Shown here: positions 50,271-59,271 of the stretch, piece after piece
Layout: each line of letters starts with the position of its first letter
Numbering within the stretch: the first letter of the stretch is position 1
Assembly (NCBI GenBank): GCA_041697335.1
Contig: JBGUGD010000002.1
Span: forward strand, 64,001 to 128,000
Direction: 5' to 3'
Source of the DNA: Vampirovibrionaceae bacterium NZW_1234
GTDB taxonomy: Bacteria; Cyanobacteriota; Vampirovibrionia; Vampirovibrionales; JAGQHJ01
DNA: 64,000 nt
Program-made: the position numbers and the translations under genes
Notes under the pieces: model-generated
What the model was told of the DNA's origin: nothing
The model's input: only the letters and a program-made list of their open reading frames with translations
Databases searched by the model: none

Positions 50271-51452
50271 ATGTCATCACTATCGCCTATGGCGGCTACA
50301 GGACAACCAGCATTTTTCACTTCTCTAGGGCCTACCTCGACCCCCGGCGGATTTTCCGGCCGGAGCTTCGGGACCCCCGGTTTGGTCCAAGGGTTTGGCT
50401 TCCCCTCGTTTGGTGATCCGAATTTCTATTTCCAACCCGCAGCCAGTAGCTTTTTCATTAACCGTTTGTTGGGTTATGCCAATGGTTCGGCCGTTAACAT
50501 CAATGTTGGCCCGACACCGTCCACCTTGGGCTTTGGTGGCCTGTTAAATGGTCTGCCTTACTATGGTGATGCCGGTTCGCCGACGGAGGATCCGTTTGCA
50601 GGCTTCGATCAAAGTTTTGGTCAAGGCTTTGGCGGTCCCCAAGGGTTTGGTGGTCCTCAACAAGGCTTCGGTGGTCCTCAAGGATTCGGTGGCGCACCTC
50701 AAGGGTTTGGTGGCGCTCCCCAAGGATTCGGTGGTGCACCCCAAGGATTTGGTGGCGCTCCCCAAGGATTCGGTGGTGCACCTCAAGGGTTTGGTGCTCC
50801 GCAAGGATTCGGTGGCGTACCCCAAGGGTTTGGCGCTCCGCAAGGATTCGGTGGCGTACCCCAAGGGTTTGGCGCTCCTCAAGGATTCGGTGGCGCACCT
50901 CAAGGATTTGGCGCTCCGCAAGGATTTGGTCTCCCTCAAGGCTTCGGTGGCGCACCTCAAGGATTTGGCGCTCCGCAAGGATTTGGTCTCCCTCAAGGCT
51001 TCGGTAGTTCCCCCGCTTTGGGTGGTTTTGGTGCTGCCTCCGCTCTAGGCGGTGTGGGTAGCATTCCCTTTGCCGGTGGTGCTCCGGCAGGCTTTGCCCC
51101 ATCCAGCGCTTTAGGCGGTGTGGGTAGCATTCCCTTTGTGGGTGGTGCTTCAGCAGGTCTTGCCTCATCCAGTGGCCTGGGCAGTGGTATTCTCGGAAGC
51201 CTCGGCTTTGGTAGCGGAATTGCCGGACTCGGAATTAATCCGGCCGCAGGAGCGGCCCCAAGACCATCGGCTCCGATGGGCCCTATGCCCGGCGGAATGG
51301 GATTACCTCCGATGGGTTTAGGCGGTGCTCCTTCGATTGGACAGCCTGCCCCGACGCAGCCTGCGTCCAACTCGGCATCCTTGCTGAATAGCGTGCTAAC
51401 GTTTGTGCTTCTGTTAGCCGTACTGAAGCGCCAGCAAGGCGACGCTGCATAA
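50271..51452 (+). CDS. Gly/Phe/Pro-rich low-complexity protein with QGFG repeats and C-terminal hydrophobic helix
   Basis: AGGAG RBS; ~20 QGFG units; C-terminal [17 protein letters not shown]. Confidence 0.8.
   Translation: MSSLSPMAATGQPAFFTSLGPTSTPGGFSGRSFGTPGLVQGFGFPSFGDPNFYFQPAASSFFINRLLGYANGSAVNINVGPTPSTLGFGGLLNGLPYYGDAGSPTEDPFAGFDQSFGQGFGGPQGFGGPQQGFGGPQGFGGAPQGFGGAPQGFGGAPQGFGGAPQGFGGAPQGFGAPQGFGGVPQGFGAPQGFGGVPQGFGAPQGFGGAPQGFGAPQGFGLPQGFGGAPQGFGAPQGFGLPQGFGSSPALGGFGAASALGGVGSIPFAGGAPAGFAPSSALGGVGSIPFVGGASAGLASSSGLGSGILGSLGFGSGIAGLGINPAAGAAPRPSAPMGPMPGGMGLPPMGLGGAPSIGQPAPTQPASNSASLLNSVLTFVLLLAVLKRQQGDAA
50622..51005 (+). repeat. 18/21-nt coding tandem repeats (PQGFG[G]A)
   Basis: About 20 copies of caagg(a/g/c)tt(t/c)gg with synonymous variation. 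Confidence 0.9.
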
Positions 51453-51545
51453 GCCACAACAAACTTGCGAATGTGAGATTTGTAAGACAGCTCTATCCGG
51501 GCTGTCTTGCATTGGGGTTTGTCCTCTGACGACTGAGGCTAATGC

Positions 51546-51579
51546 ACAAGCCCCTCAAGAATATTCTTGAGGGGCTTGT
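51546..51579. terminator. Perfect palindrome / terminator between convergent genes
   Basis: ACAAGCCCCTCAAGAATATTCTTGAGGGGCTTGT. Confidence 0.75.
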
Positions 51580-51606
51580 AAAATGTTGATTTAAAACGAG
51601 ATCAAC

Positions 51607-53403
51607 CTATCTTTTACGAATCAGAGTGAAGTTAATCAAACCGTCAGTTTCAGAACGGTCGATCCCGTCAAGGCCAGTAGTATTGATGGTATCAGCCCAG
51701 TTGCTGATGGCGGTGGCTTGACCACCTAAGCCTGCAGCACCGCCGCTGAGATCAACGGTAGAGGTGCCTAAACCGGTAGGCATTTTGGTGCCTTGCAGGA
51801 AGAGAGAACCGCCGGAGCCACCGTTACCACCGTTACCGGCAGTAGCGGTTGCTAAATCAGCTTCTGCAAATGCGTTTTGGCCGTTGCCACCATTGCCACC
51901 CTTGCCTTCAATGATACCGTAGTTGTTGAAGTTGGAGACGTAGCTAAAGGATACGGTTCCACCGTTGCCACCGTTACCACCATCTTTACCCACCGAGTCT
52001 TGTGTTGAGGGTGTGGCAGGAACGGCCGCTGTGCCTGTAGTTTGGCTCACGATAACGGTGTTCGAGCTGATGACTTCGGTGAAGTCCAACTCAATGTTAG
52101 TCCCCTGCTGATTGGGGCGAATTTTGACAAGCAACTTGTTGTTGGCCGAAACAGGCTGGGTCCCGACGCTATTCACAAAGTTAGAATCTAGCGTAAAGGC
52201 AACCTGGGCCGTGGTGTTTCCTGAGAAGGTGTAGTTGTAGGTCCCCAGGGTTGTGGTGCCTTGTTTAAAGACCAGTTGCACTGAAGTGGTACCGTTGTAG
52301 GTGGCTGTTACGGTATAGTCACCCAGATTCAGGCTCCCGTTGAGGGCAGAAAACTGAGGGCCGGAAATGGTGATGGGTGTCCCGGATTGGGCCGAGGTAA
52401 TCACAACAGAGGCCACGGTATTTTCATAGGTACCGAGTTGACCGGTGACGTTTTCGCCCGGAACGGCGGGAGACCCTGGTGTTCCGGGGATTAATTCACC
52501 GATGGCGGTGGTGGTGTAGGTACCACCATTGCCACCATTGACTTGAATTTTGGCGCCTTCGGCCACGGTGGTGGTGTTGGCAGAGTTGAATTCAATACGG
52601 CCACCATTGCCGCCGTTTTGTGCCACAGCATTCGCCGGAGAATCAGCATCTACTGTGTAGCCGTTGCCACCGTTAGCGCTAACGAGGGCGTTAGGGCCAA
52701 CATGGAGATTTTGGCGGGCATTGACCCGAATAAAGCCACCATTGCTTGCGGCTGCATCGGCCAAAGTAACGCCATTGGCTTGAACGATCCCGTCGATGTT
52801 CACCACACCGCCGTTAAGTTCGATGTTGGGGTTGGCTGCGACGAGGGCTGGGCCACCGCTTGCATCCAATGTGGCATTTTGTAAGACTTGGATATTGTTG
52901 CCCGTGCCGGCGGCGTTGACAACAATGCGTCCGCCAACACCGTTAGAGCCGGTGGCTTGGGTCAAGGAGCCAGGGCCAAAAGCGACACCACCCACATTAA
53001 AAGCAATAACGCCACCTTCAGTCCCGTTGGCAGTGATGTTTCCGTTTTGGAACACGTAAGCAGCGTTGATATTGACTTGGCCGCCTTTGCCACCAGCACC
53101 ATTGGCATTCAATTCACCAAGAATGGTGAGAACATTGTTGGGCACGGTAAAGTTGATTTGACCGCCATCAACCCCGTTGACGGCACGGTAGGTTACGCCG
53201 GGTTGCAGGGTGATAGGTGCGTTATTGGAGCTGGTCACGTTAATGACAGATGCGGTTACGTTGGAATTCAAGCTCCCGCCGGTGGTGGCAGCATTGATAT
53301 TAATTTCAGAGGCGAATGCCGAAGGCAGCATCACCATGGGCAAGCTGAGGGCAACGACGGCAGAGGCCGCTTTGTACAGAAAATTGATGGGGGAATTTAC
53401 CAT
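51607..53403 (-). CDS. Secreted Gly/Asn-rich beta-helix protein (TpsA/filamentous-haemagglutinin-like)
   Basis: Signal peptide ending PSAFA; repeated I-x-A-N-G / GG-x-I strands and GGNGG motifs; divergent from a TpsB gene. Confidence 0.75.
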   Translation of the reverse strand: MVNSPINFLYKAASAVVALSLPMVMLPSAFASEININAATTGGSLNSNVTASVINVTSSNNAPITLQPGVTYRAVNGVDGGQINFTVPNNVLTILGELNANGAGGKGGQVNINAAYVFQNGNITANGTEGGVIAFNVGGVAFGPGSLTQATGSNGVGGRIVVNAAGTGNNIQVLQNATLDASGGPALVAANPNIELNGGVVNIDGIVQANGVTLADAAASNGGFIRVNARQNLHVGPNALVSANGGNGYTVDADSPANAVAQNGGNGGRIEFNSANTTTVAEGAKIQVNGGNGGTYTTTAIGELIPGTPGSPAVPGENVTGQLGTYENTVASVVITSAQSGTPITISGPQFSALNGSLNLGDYTVTATYNGTTSVQLVFKQGTTTLGTYNYTFSGNTTAQVAFTLDSNFVNSVGTQPVSANNKLLVKIRPNQQGTNIELDFTEVISSNTVIVSQTTGTAAVPATPSTQDSVGKDGGNGGNGGTVSFSYVSNFNNYGIIEGKGGNGGNGQNAFAEADLATATAGNGGNGGSGGSLFLQGTKMPTGLGTSTVDLSGGAAGLGGQATAISNWADTINTTGLDGIDRSETDGLINFTLIRKR

Positions 53404-53800
53404 GAATGAATAACTCCTAGAGGTTGATTCCGTAAGTAATAATGAGGGTAGGGGTCGTCTTGTTTAAAAAAATAAGGGTGAAAAACTGATGGAGAGGTGG
53501 TTAAGACTCCACAACAGTGACTTTTTTGATAGGTACTATCATCTCACTCAGTTAAGCCGAAAGGAAGGCTTATTGCAACCCTGAGAACACTTGTGAATTT
53601 GGGTAATTTGAGCCGCTCTTCGGGATAACGCTCAAAAGAGTGTTGTTAAATATTTTTTTTGTGGATTCTTTGTAGAAAGCTTCCCGGCTTGGTTTTTATT
53701 TCAGTGCATCGAATCGTCTTTGTTGTGACATAAGTCGCTCTTGCATTTTTGGTGAGGCTCCTTCATTCTTTTTAATAATGATGATTTACTGACAATTGCC

Positions 53801-55546
53801 ATGCCTTCTTTTGTAATGCTTTTTAAACCCAAATACCGGTTTATGCTGGTCTCGGGGGTTGTAAGCGCCTCTGTTTTTTTAGTCGCAAACGTGTCGATAT
53901 GGGCACAAGTTCCTACTCAGGCTAATCCGGGTGTTTTGCTGCCTGCACCTACTGTGCAGGTGCGTCAAGAGCAGCAGCAGACCCAATCAAAGTCACTACC
54001 TTCAACACAAAACACGCCAGAAAAAACAACGTTGGATCGGCCGGACGATTTATCTTCCGTGGCCATTCCTGAGGTCCGGTTTTACCTGGACAAACTGATG
54101 GTTGAGGGCAGTACGCTTCTGTCATCAAAAGATTTGGAAGCACTGATGGCGCCCTATGAGAAGCGAGAAGTTACTTTTGACGATCTGAATCAGGCAGCGG
54201 CCAAGTTGCGGGCGTATTATCACGACAAAGGGTATTTCACCACCTATGTATTTATTCCCCCCCAGGACGTGGATGACGGGATCCTTCGTATCAAGGTCCT
54301 GGAAGGCCGCCTTGGGAAGCTATCAGTAGACAAGAATCGATATTATCGGGATTTTGTCGTTACACGACAGTTTCGGGCCAAGGCGGGCCAATTGTTTAAT
54401 TACAAAACCTTTGAAGAGGATATTAATTTAGCCAATCAACTGGCTCCGTACCAGGTGAAGGCTGTTCTGAATAAAGGAGAGCATTCTGGAGAAACCGACA
54501 TTACGCTCAATGTGGTTGATAAGCAGCCATGGCAAATTTCGTTAACCGGCGATAACCAAGGACGCCCCTTTATTGGGATGTATCGCGGCGGCGTTGATGT
54601 TACCAATCAAAGTTTGCTGGGACTGGGTGATCGCCTTTTTACCCGGTATTATGGGGCCTCCGGAACACAAGTGGTGATGGGATCCTACAGTGTTCCAGTT
54701 AACCGTTTTGGTGATGAGGTTAGTGTTAACTACAGTTACAGCCATGTTGATGTTGACTTAGGCTTGAATGTTCCCCAACAACCCATTGTAGGGACCGCGA
54801 AAAGCTATGGCATCGCTTATTCTCACCCTCTCAATAAAAAACGTTCGCTGGTGTCCGATATCGGGCTCAATCTGCGGACGATTGATTCCCGGGTTGATAG
54901 TACACGCGTTAGCCATGACGAAATTCGAACCCTTCAGGCCGGAATCTCGTTTAATGAATCCGATCGCCTGGGCCGAACATCGGGGCGTTTGCAGCAGACG
55001 GTGGGCATCGGGTTTTTGGGCGGAAACCGGCAATTTTTCAAGTCTGAAGCCATGGTCACCCGCTTATTGCGACTTTCTGAATCAAATACCTTGATTTTAA
55101 AAGGCTATGGCCAGCTGACACCCGATGCGCTGCCCACCGCCGAAGCCTTTCAGATTGGCGGCGCTTACAGTGTTCGAGGCTATACAGAGGGGCTGTTGAT
55201 TGCAGATCGGGGATTTTCGTTCAGTGCGGAAGATCGGTTTCCCATTCCATTTTTAAGCCGCATATCCCCCAAGATGAACAATCGGTTACAAGGCGCAGCC
55301 TTTTTTGATGTGGGGCGGGTGTGGCTGGATTCCAGCAACTCCCGTTTCGGTGCAGCATCGAATCAGGCGAAGAATTCACTTCTAATGAGTGTCGGTGTTG
55401 GCGTTCGTGCTCGACTGACCCGCTTTGTTCAGGGCTTTGCCGATTTGGGGGTGGGTTTAGGGGACAGAAACGGCGTAACCCGTCCCAACGGCGATCCGAC
55501 GGTACGGCTTCACTTTGGGCTTCGTTCCAACCTGCTGCCTGAATAA
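53801..55546 (+). CDS. ShlB/FhaC/HecB-family (TpsB) transporter
   Basis: POTRA (YYHDKGYFTT..IPPQDV.DG.L.IKVLEG), DNQG, FQIGGAYSVRGY, C-terminal RLHFG. Confidence 0.92.
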   Translation: MPSFVMLFKPKYRFMLVSGVVSASVFLVANVSIWAQVPTQANPGVLLPAPTVQVRQEQQQTQSKSLPSTQNTPEKTTLDRPDDLSSVAIPEVRFYLDKLMVEGSTLLSSKDLEALMAPYEKREVTFDDLNQAAAKLRAYYHDKGYFTTYVFIPPQDVDDGILRIKVLEGRLGKLSVDKNRYYRDFVVTRQFRAKAGQLFNYKTFEEDINLANQLAPYQVKAVLNKGEHSGETDITLNVVDKQPWQISLTGDNQGRPFIGMYRGGVDVTNQSLLGLGDRLFTRYYGASGTQVVMGSYSVPVNRFGDEVSVNYSYSHVDVDLGLNVPQQPIVGTAKSYGIAYSHPLNKKRSLVSDIGLNLRTIDSRVDSTRVSHDEIRTLQAGISFNESDRLGRTSGRLQQTVGIGFLGGNRQFFKSEAMVTRLLRLSESNTLILKGYGQLTPDALPTAEAFQIGGAYSVRGYTEGLLIADRGFSFSAEDRFPIPFLSRISPKMNNRLQGAAFFDVGRVWLDSSNSRFGAASNQAKNSLLMSVGVGVRARLTRFVQGFADLGVGLGDRNGVTRPNGDPTVRLHFGLRSNLLPE

Positions 55547-55686
55547 TTCGCGCATCACCCGGTATTTTCTTAAAAAGTGGGTAGCAACATTTTTCTTAAG
55601 ATTGTTTTTATATTTATAAGGTTATATGTGTATCGTTCATGCCCCATAGGATGGGCATGCTGAGTTAGGAGGCATTTGCCGAGCGT

Positions 55687-56166
55687 ATGAATGTGACAGC
55701 CAAGACAACCGATGTGCCGAGAACCAATTCGGCACCGCTGAGCAAGCCGGTCGAATCCAAGTCAACCTCTGCTCAAGGGTCCGGGACGGCCAAGGCGACG
55801 ACCTCAGCAACCACGACTCCGCAAAGTCGGGAAGAGCGCATTAAGGATTTGGAATCTCAAATCGATAAGATGAAGTCGACGCTGGAATCCTTCAAATCCT
55901 TGGCCGCTAAGCAAACACAAGCGCCTAAGCCTGCACAGGGCCAATCATTGCAATCTGGAAATGCACTATCGTCCTTGCTACCATTTTCGAACTTGTCCTT
56001 CTCCTCGAATCAGCGGCAGCCCTCGCTGTTTAATCCGGAGAATGCCGGTGGTTTCCAGGTGGATCCCTTCTTTTTGCAGTCCAAGCCCAATCCTTTTGGG
56101 GCCGGTGAGAGTCTGATTGTTCAGGTTCTGCCCTATGGTGTTGAGCCTTCCGGTGGCGGCGAATAA
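55687..56166 (+). CDS. Hypothetical protein (disordered plus short coiled coil)
   Basis: AGGAGG upstream; REERIKDLESQIDKMKSTLE coiled coil. Confidence 0.65.
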   Translation: MNVTAKTTDVPRTNSAPLSKPVESKSTSAQGSGTAKATTSATTTPQSREERIKDLESQIDKMKSTLESFKSLAAKQTQAPKPAQGQSLQSGNALSSLLPFSNLSFSSNQRQPSLFNPENAGGFQVDPFFLQSKPNPFGAGESLIVQVLPYGVEPSGGGE

Positions 56167-56285
56167 TTGGATTGTTGAAACCGCCTGACATGCGCAGCGG
56201 GCAGCGACGTTACAAAGTGTAACAGTTTTTGTACCTGATATCTTCAAGGATAGTCAGGGATGTGTTTTTGCGGTAATCTGCATTT

Positions 56286-56476
56286 TGGTAAGTAGAGGTG
56301 CAGTTTCCAAGAGTATGCTTATCCCAGACGGTTGAACGTCGTAACGAGGGTAAGACGAAAGGGGAAACCTGCCGAAACGATAAGCCCATTCAACGGGGTG
56401 CATCGTTGGTCGATGAGGCTAAATCCTCCCGACTGTCTTGAAAGACTTCCGGGTCTTTCAAGGAGCGCTATTGCCA
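56286..56476 (+). ncRNA. Lysine riboswitch (L-box)
   Basis: Signature elements in order: AGAGGTGC, AGTA (loop E), GAAAGG, GCCGAA, TTGG, TAAATC, ACTGTC, GGAGCGCTA. P1 pairing TGGTAA-g-TAG / CTA-TTGCCA; P5 hairpin TTGAAAGAC / GTCTTTCAA. Confidence 0.9.
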
Positions 56477-56572
56477 CCGGTAGGACTTTTTCTCAGGGTC
56501 CTTGTGAACGGTGAAGGCGTTTTACTTGCCTTCAGAGTCCCCCCTCAACCGTTCCCCTGATAGGTCCCGCTG

Positions 56573-58510
56573 ATGTCCCTCGACATTTCTCCAGCACCAA
56601 TCCGAATGACTCCCCCTCGGGTGTCGGGTGTTGTGGTGCCACCGCAACATTCAGGGCAACAGCATCGCCAGGTGTCTTCGCCGCGTTTTGGCAACGGGCT
56701 GATGAACGGGGCGGATCGCTTTGTCAGTTGGTTTGTGCGGAATTTATACGATCGGGGGGAAGGGTTTCGGTATCTCGTTGAGCAGACCTTGGGCTATACG
56801 GCTCCCCGCACGATTCAGCAATTAAACCGCACTCGCTCCATTACGGGTAAAGGCAATGAAATGGCTGCCCAGGAAATGTTGATTCGGGACTTGGCTGCCG
56901 ATTTCACCGATACCATCCTGCCAGGACTGATTGCCACGTTCGGTGTTGGCTGGGTCATGGATCGGATGGGTAAAACTCTGTTGCAACGTAATATGGGGCA
57001 TGATGCGCTGGCTTTTTATCAGCATATGGCCCGGGGTGCCAAAGGCGCCGCTGTCAGCCAAGCCGAGTTTTATCAGGGCATTGAAACCCGACTCACCGAC
57101 TTTGCCAAAGCCTCGAAGGCCACACCGGCAAAAGCGTTGAATTTGAAAGCGCTCATCAACGAGATGCGCAGCAGCAAGCATATTGAGGATGTGGAAAAAA
57201 CCATCGCCACGCGTTTAGGCCTGAGCCACTATGACGTTAAACTGGCCTATGGCAATAAGAAGCATTTGGAATTGCCCTTGCGGGATTTGGTCAAAGATCT
57301 GTGGCATATTCGCCAAGGCGTAAAAACGTCCAATGTCGGCAATGCCTGGGGCAAAGAAGCGCTCGCCATGGTCCAAAAAACGGCCGGTAAAATGAAGTGG
57401 CAAATGCTTGGCAATGTGGCGGCATTGGTGGCCAGTATCAGCATTCCCTTTGTTGTGCGACTCATTACAAAACGCGTCTATGGCAAAGATGCATTTCCGG
57501 GGACCAAGGAATTGGAAGAGCACTTTAAAACCCCTGAGGCAAAGAAAGCCCAGGATTCCAAGCGATTTGTCTGGTTTCCCTATCTTCAGGAGACCCTGAA
57601 AAACGGTAACTGGACACCGCTGGCCATCACGGCTGGGTTTTTTGCCGTTCTGGGTGGTGTGGTGCTGCGCCGGTTTCATTTGGCCAAAGGCAGCATCTTC
57701 CGATTTAAAGACTGGGTCAAAGTCTATGAGTTTCAGCGTCACTTTCCGTTTACCACCGTGACCCAGATGGAGCTGACCTATGGACTGTTATGCGGCATGC
57801 GTCTTGCAGCCAGCCGGGATCAGGCCGAGTTTCGTGAAACGGCAATCCGTGACTGTCTCCTGGGTTGGCCCACGTTGACCTACTTCTTCCCGATGTTTCG
57901 CAAGTTCTTAAGCCAGCAGTTTAACCAGCGCTTTTTGACCAAAAAGTTTCGCACCCCCAATTTGCTCATCAAGCCTAATGGCGAGGTTCGAGGCAGTCAT
58001 GAAATGACCCCGGAATTATTTAAAACCATGGGGCTGGGAGCAAAAGCAAGCACTGCCGTTCAGTCTGCCAAAAAATATCAATCCTGGATTACGTTTATTT
58101 CAGCGCTGACATCGTGGGTGATGTTGGCCTTTGCGGAGCCTCAGTTGGGTATTTGGCTCACCAACTCATTGGAGTTGCGGCGCTTAAAAGGGCTGTCGCA
58201 GCAGAAAGGGCAGGAAGCATCAACAGCAACTTCCCAGAGCCAAGAGAATCAGGAACCGCTTGAAGGATCAAAGCCATCTCATGCATCCCAACGTTGGGCG
58301 ACCGAATCACTGGCTGAGCTGGACCACCATCAGCCCGCAGTGATGTCCATGCCTGCCATAACGCCACTTCAGTCTGCTTATGAAGCCAACACAAATGGCT
58401 ATTCGATTTATCCTGCAGGTAATTGGGCTTCTGCCTGGAATGGTTGGCAGCCCATTCCTTATACCCCTGCAGCATATTCCCAGGCCTCGTATCCACATTA
58501 CGCATCATAA
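56573..58510 (+). CDS. Hypothetical multi-TM protein with SPRFG leader, downstream of the lysine riboswitch
   Basis: 645-aa ORF with ~5-6 hydrophobic segments; no family recognised. Confidence 0.8.
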   Translation: MSLDISPAPIRMTPPRVSGVVVPPQHSGQQHRQVSSPRFGNGLMNGADRFVSWFVRNLYDRGEGFRYLVEQTLGYTAPRTIQQLNRTRSITGKGNEMAAQEMLIRDLAADFTDTILPGLIATFGVGWVMDRMGKTLLQRNMGHDALAFYQHMARGAKGAAVSQAEFYQGIETRLTDFAKASKATPAKALNLKALINEMRSSKHIEDVEKTIATRLGLSHYDVKLAYGNKKHLELPLRDLVKDLWHIRQGVKTSNVGNAWGKEALAMVQKTAGKMKWQMLGNVAALVASISIPFVVRLITKRVYGKDAFPGTKELEEHFKTPEAKKAQDSKRFVWFPYLQETLKNGNWTPLAITAGFFAVLGGVVLRRFHLAKGSIFRFKDWVKVYEFQRHFPFTTVTQMELTYGLLCGMRLAASRDQAEFRETAIRDCLLGWPTLTYFFPMFRKFLSQQFNQRFLTKKFRTPNLLIKPNGEVRGSHEMTPELFKTMGLGAKASTAVQSAKKYQSWITFISALTSWVMLAFAEPQLGIWLTNSLELRRLKGLSQQKGQEASTATSQSQENQEPLEGSKPSHASQRWATESLAELDHHQPAVMSMPAITPLQSAYEANTNGYSIYPAGNWASAWNGWQPIPYTPAAYSQASYPHYAS

Positions 58511-58787
58511 AGGTTTCTAACGAATGCGTTGATTCAAAAACTCTTGCTTCAATTGGATTAAGATTAGGAGCAAGCTCAAGAATATGGTCACATCATCCTA
58601 TTGGGAATTGTATGCCATAACAAACATTTTAAATTCGGGCAAGCCCCTCCGGTCTAGGTTCAAGATTCAGACTGGAGTTTGATCCAAGACACCGATTTGA
58701 AGTGTTACAGTATTAACATACAAGCCCAACCCCCCTGGCCCCGTGCCTAAGATAGAGAAGAAGACGTAAGAGAAGGGAGAGGAATCA

Positions 58788-59000
58788 ATGACACCTGCTG
58801 CTTTTTCACAGTACCAAACGAATCGTGATCTGGAACGCCAGGTCTATGACTGTGTCATGCAAGGCCTCACCTGTGATGGTATTGCCCAAAGGCTTCAATT
58901 GGACCCCGTTTTAACCCGTCAGCTGGTCAACCATATCCTGGCCAAACTGTGCCTGGATACGGGTGTGAAACAAGCGTTGACATCCCTTTGGGCCTATTAA
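58788..59000 (+). CDS. Small LuxR-type HTH protein
   Basis: LERQVYDCVMQGLTCDGIAQRLQL...VNHILAKL resembles the LuxR/GerE HTH; strong purine-rich RBS. Confidence 0.7.
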   Translation: MTPAAFSQYQTNRDLERQVYDCVMQGLTCDGIAQRLQLDPVLTRQLVNHILAKLCLDTGVKQALTSLWAY

Positions 59001-59065
59001 CTTTAAACCCGGTAGACACACAACACTCATTCTCTCAGTAGACACATCAACCTCATCCAGAATCC

Positions 59066-59097
59066 CGCAAAGACCTGACCGTCTTTGCGTTTTTTTT
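59066..59097 (+). terminator. Intrinsic terminator
   Basis: CGCAAAGAC-ctgacc-GTCTTTGCG followed by a T8 run. Confidence 0.85.
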
Positions 59098-59271
59098 GGA
59101 AGGCCTTTAAATTGGGGGGCTTTAAAAATGCGTCAAGGCTGTCGTTGTTTTTAGCTGTTAATGATTCTTTAACGCACCGATCTTTTAGATTTTGACTTTA
59201 TATACATGTGTGTGTAGTCCTTCGATGTAGCTGCCTGAGGTGGCTACGGTGATTCGCTATGGAGTTGTGGT

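Noticed and set aside
50500..51168. Repeat region as a CRISPR array, or its alternative-frame repeat ORFs
   Set aside because: No unique spacers and no cas genes. Variation is synonymous in the QGFG frame.
55632..55670. ATCGTTCA plus hairpin resembling the start of a glnA glutamine riboswitch
   Set aside because: The downstream CGGAAGTA / GAAGGAACGC elements are absent.
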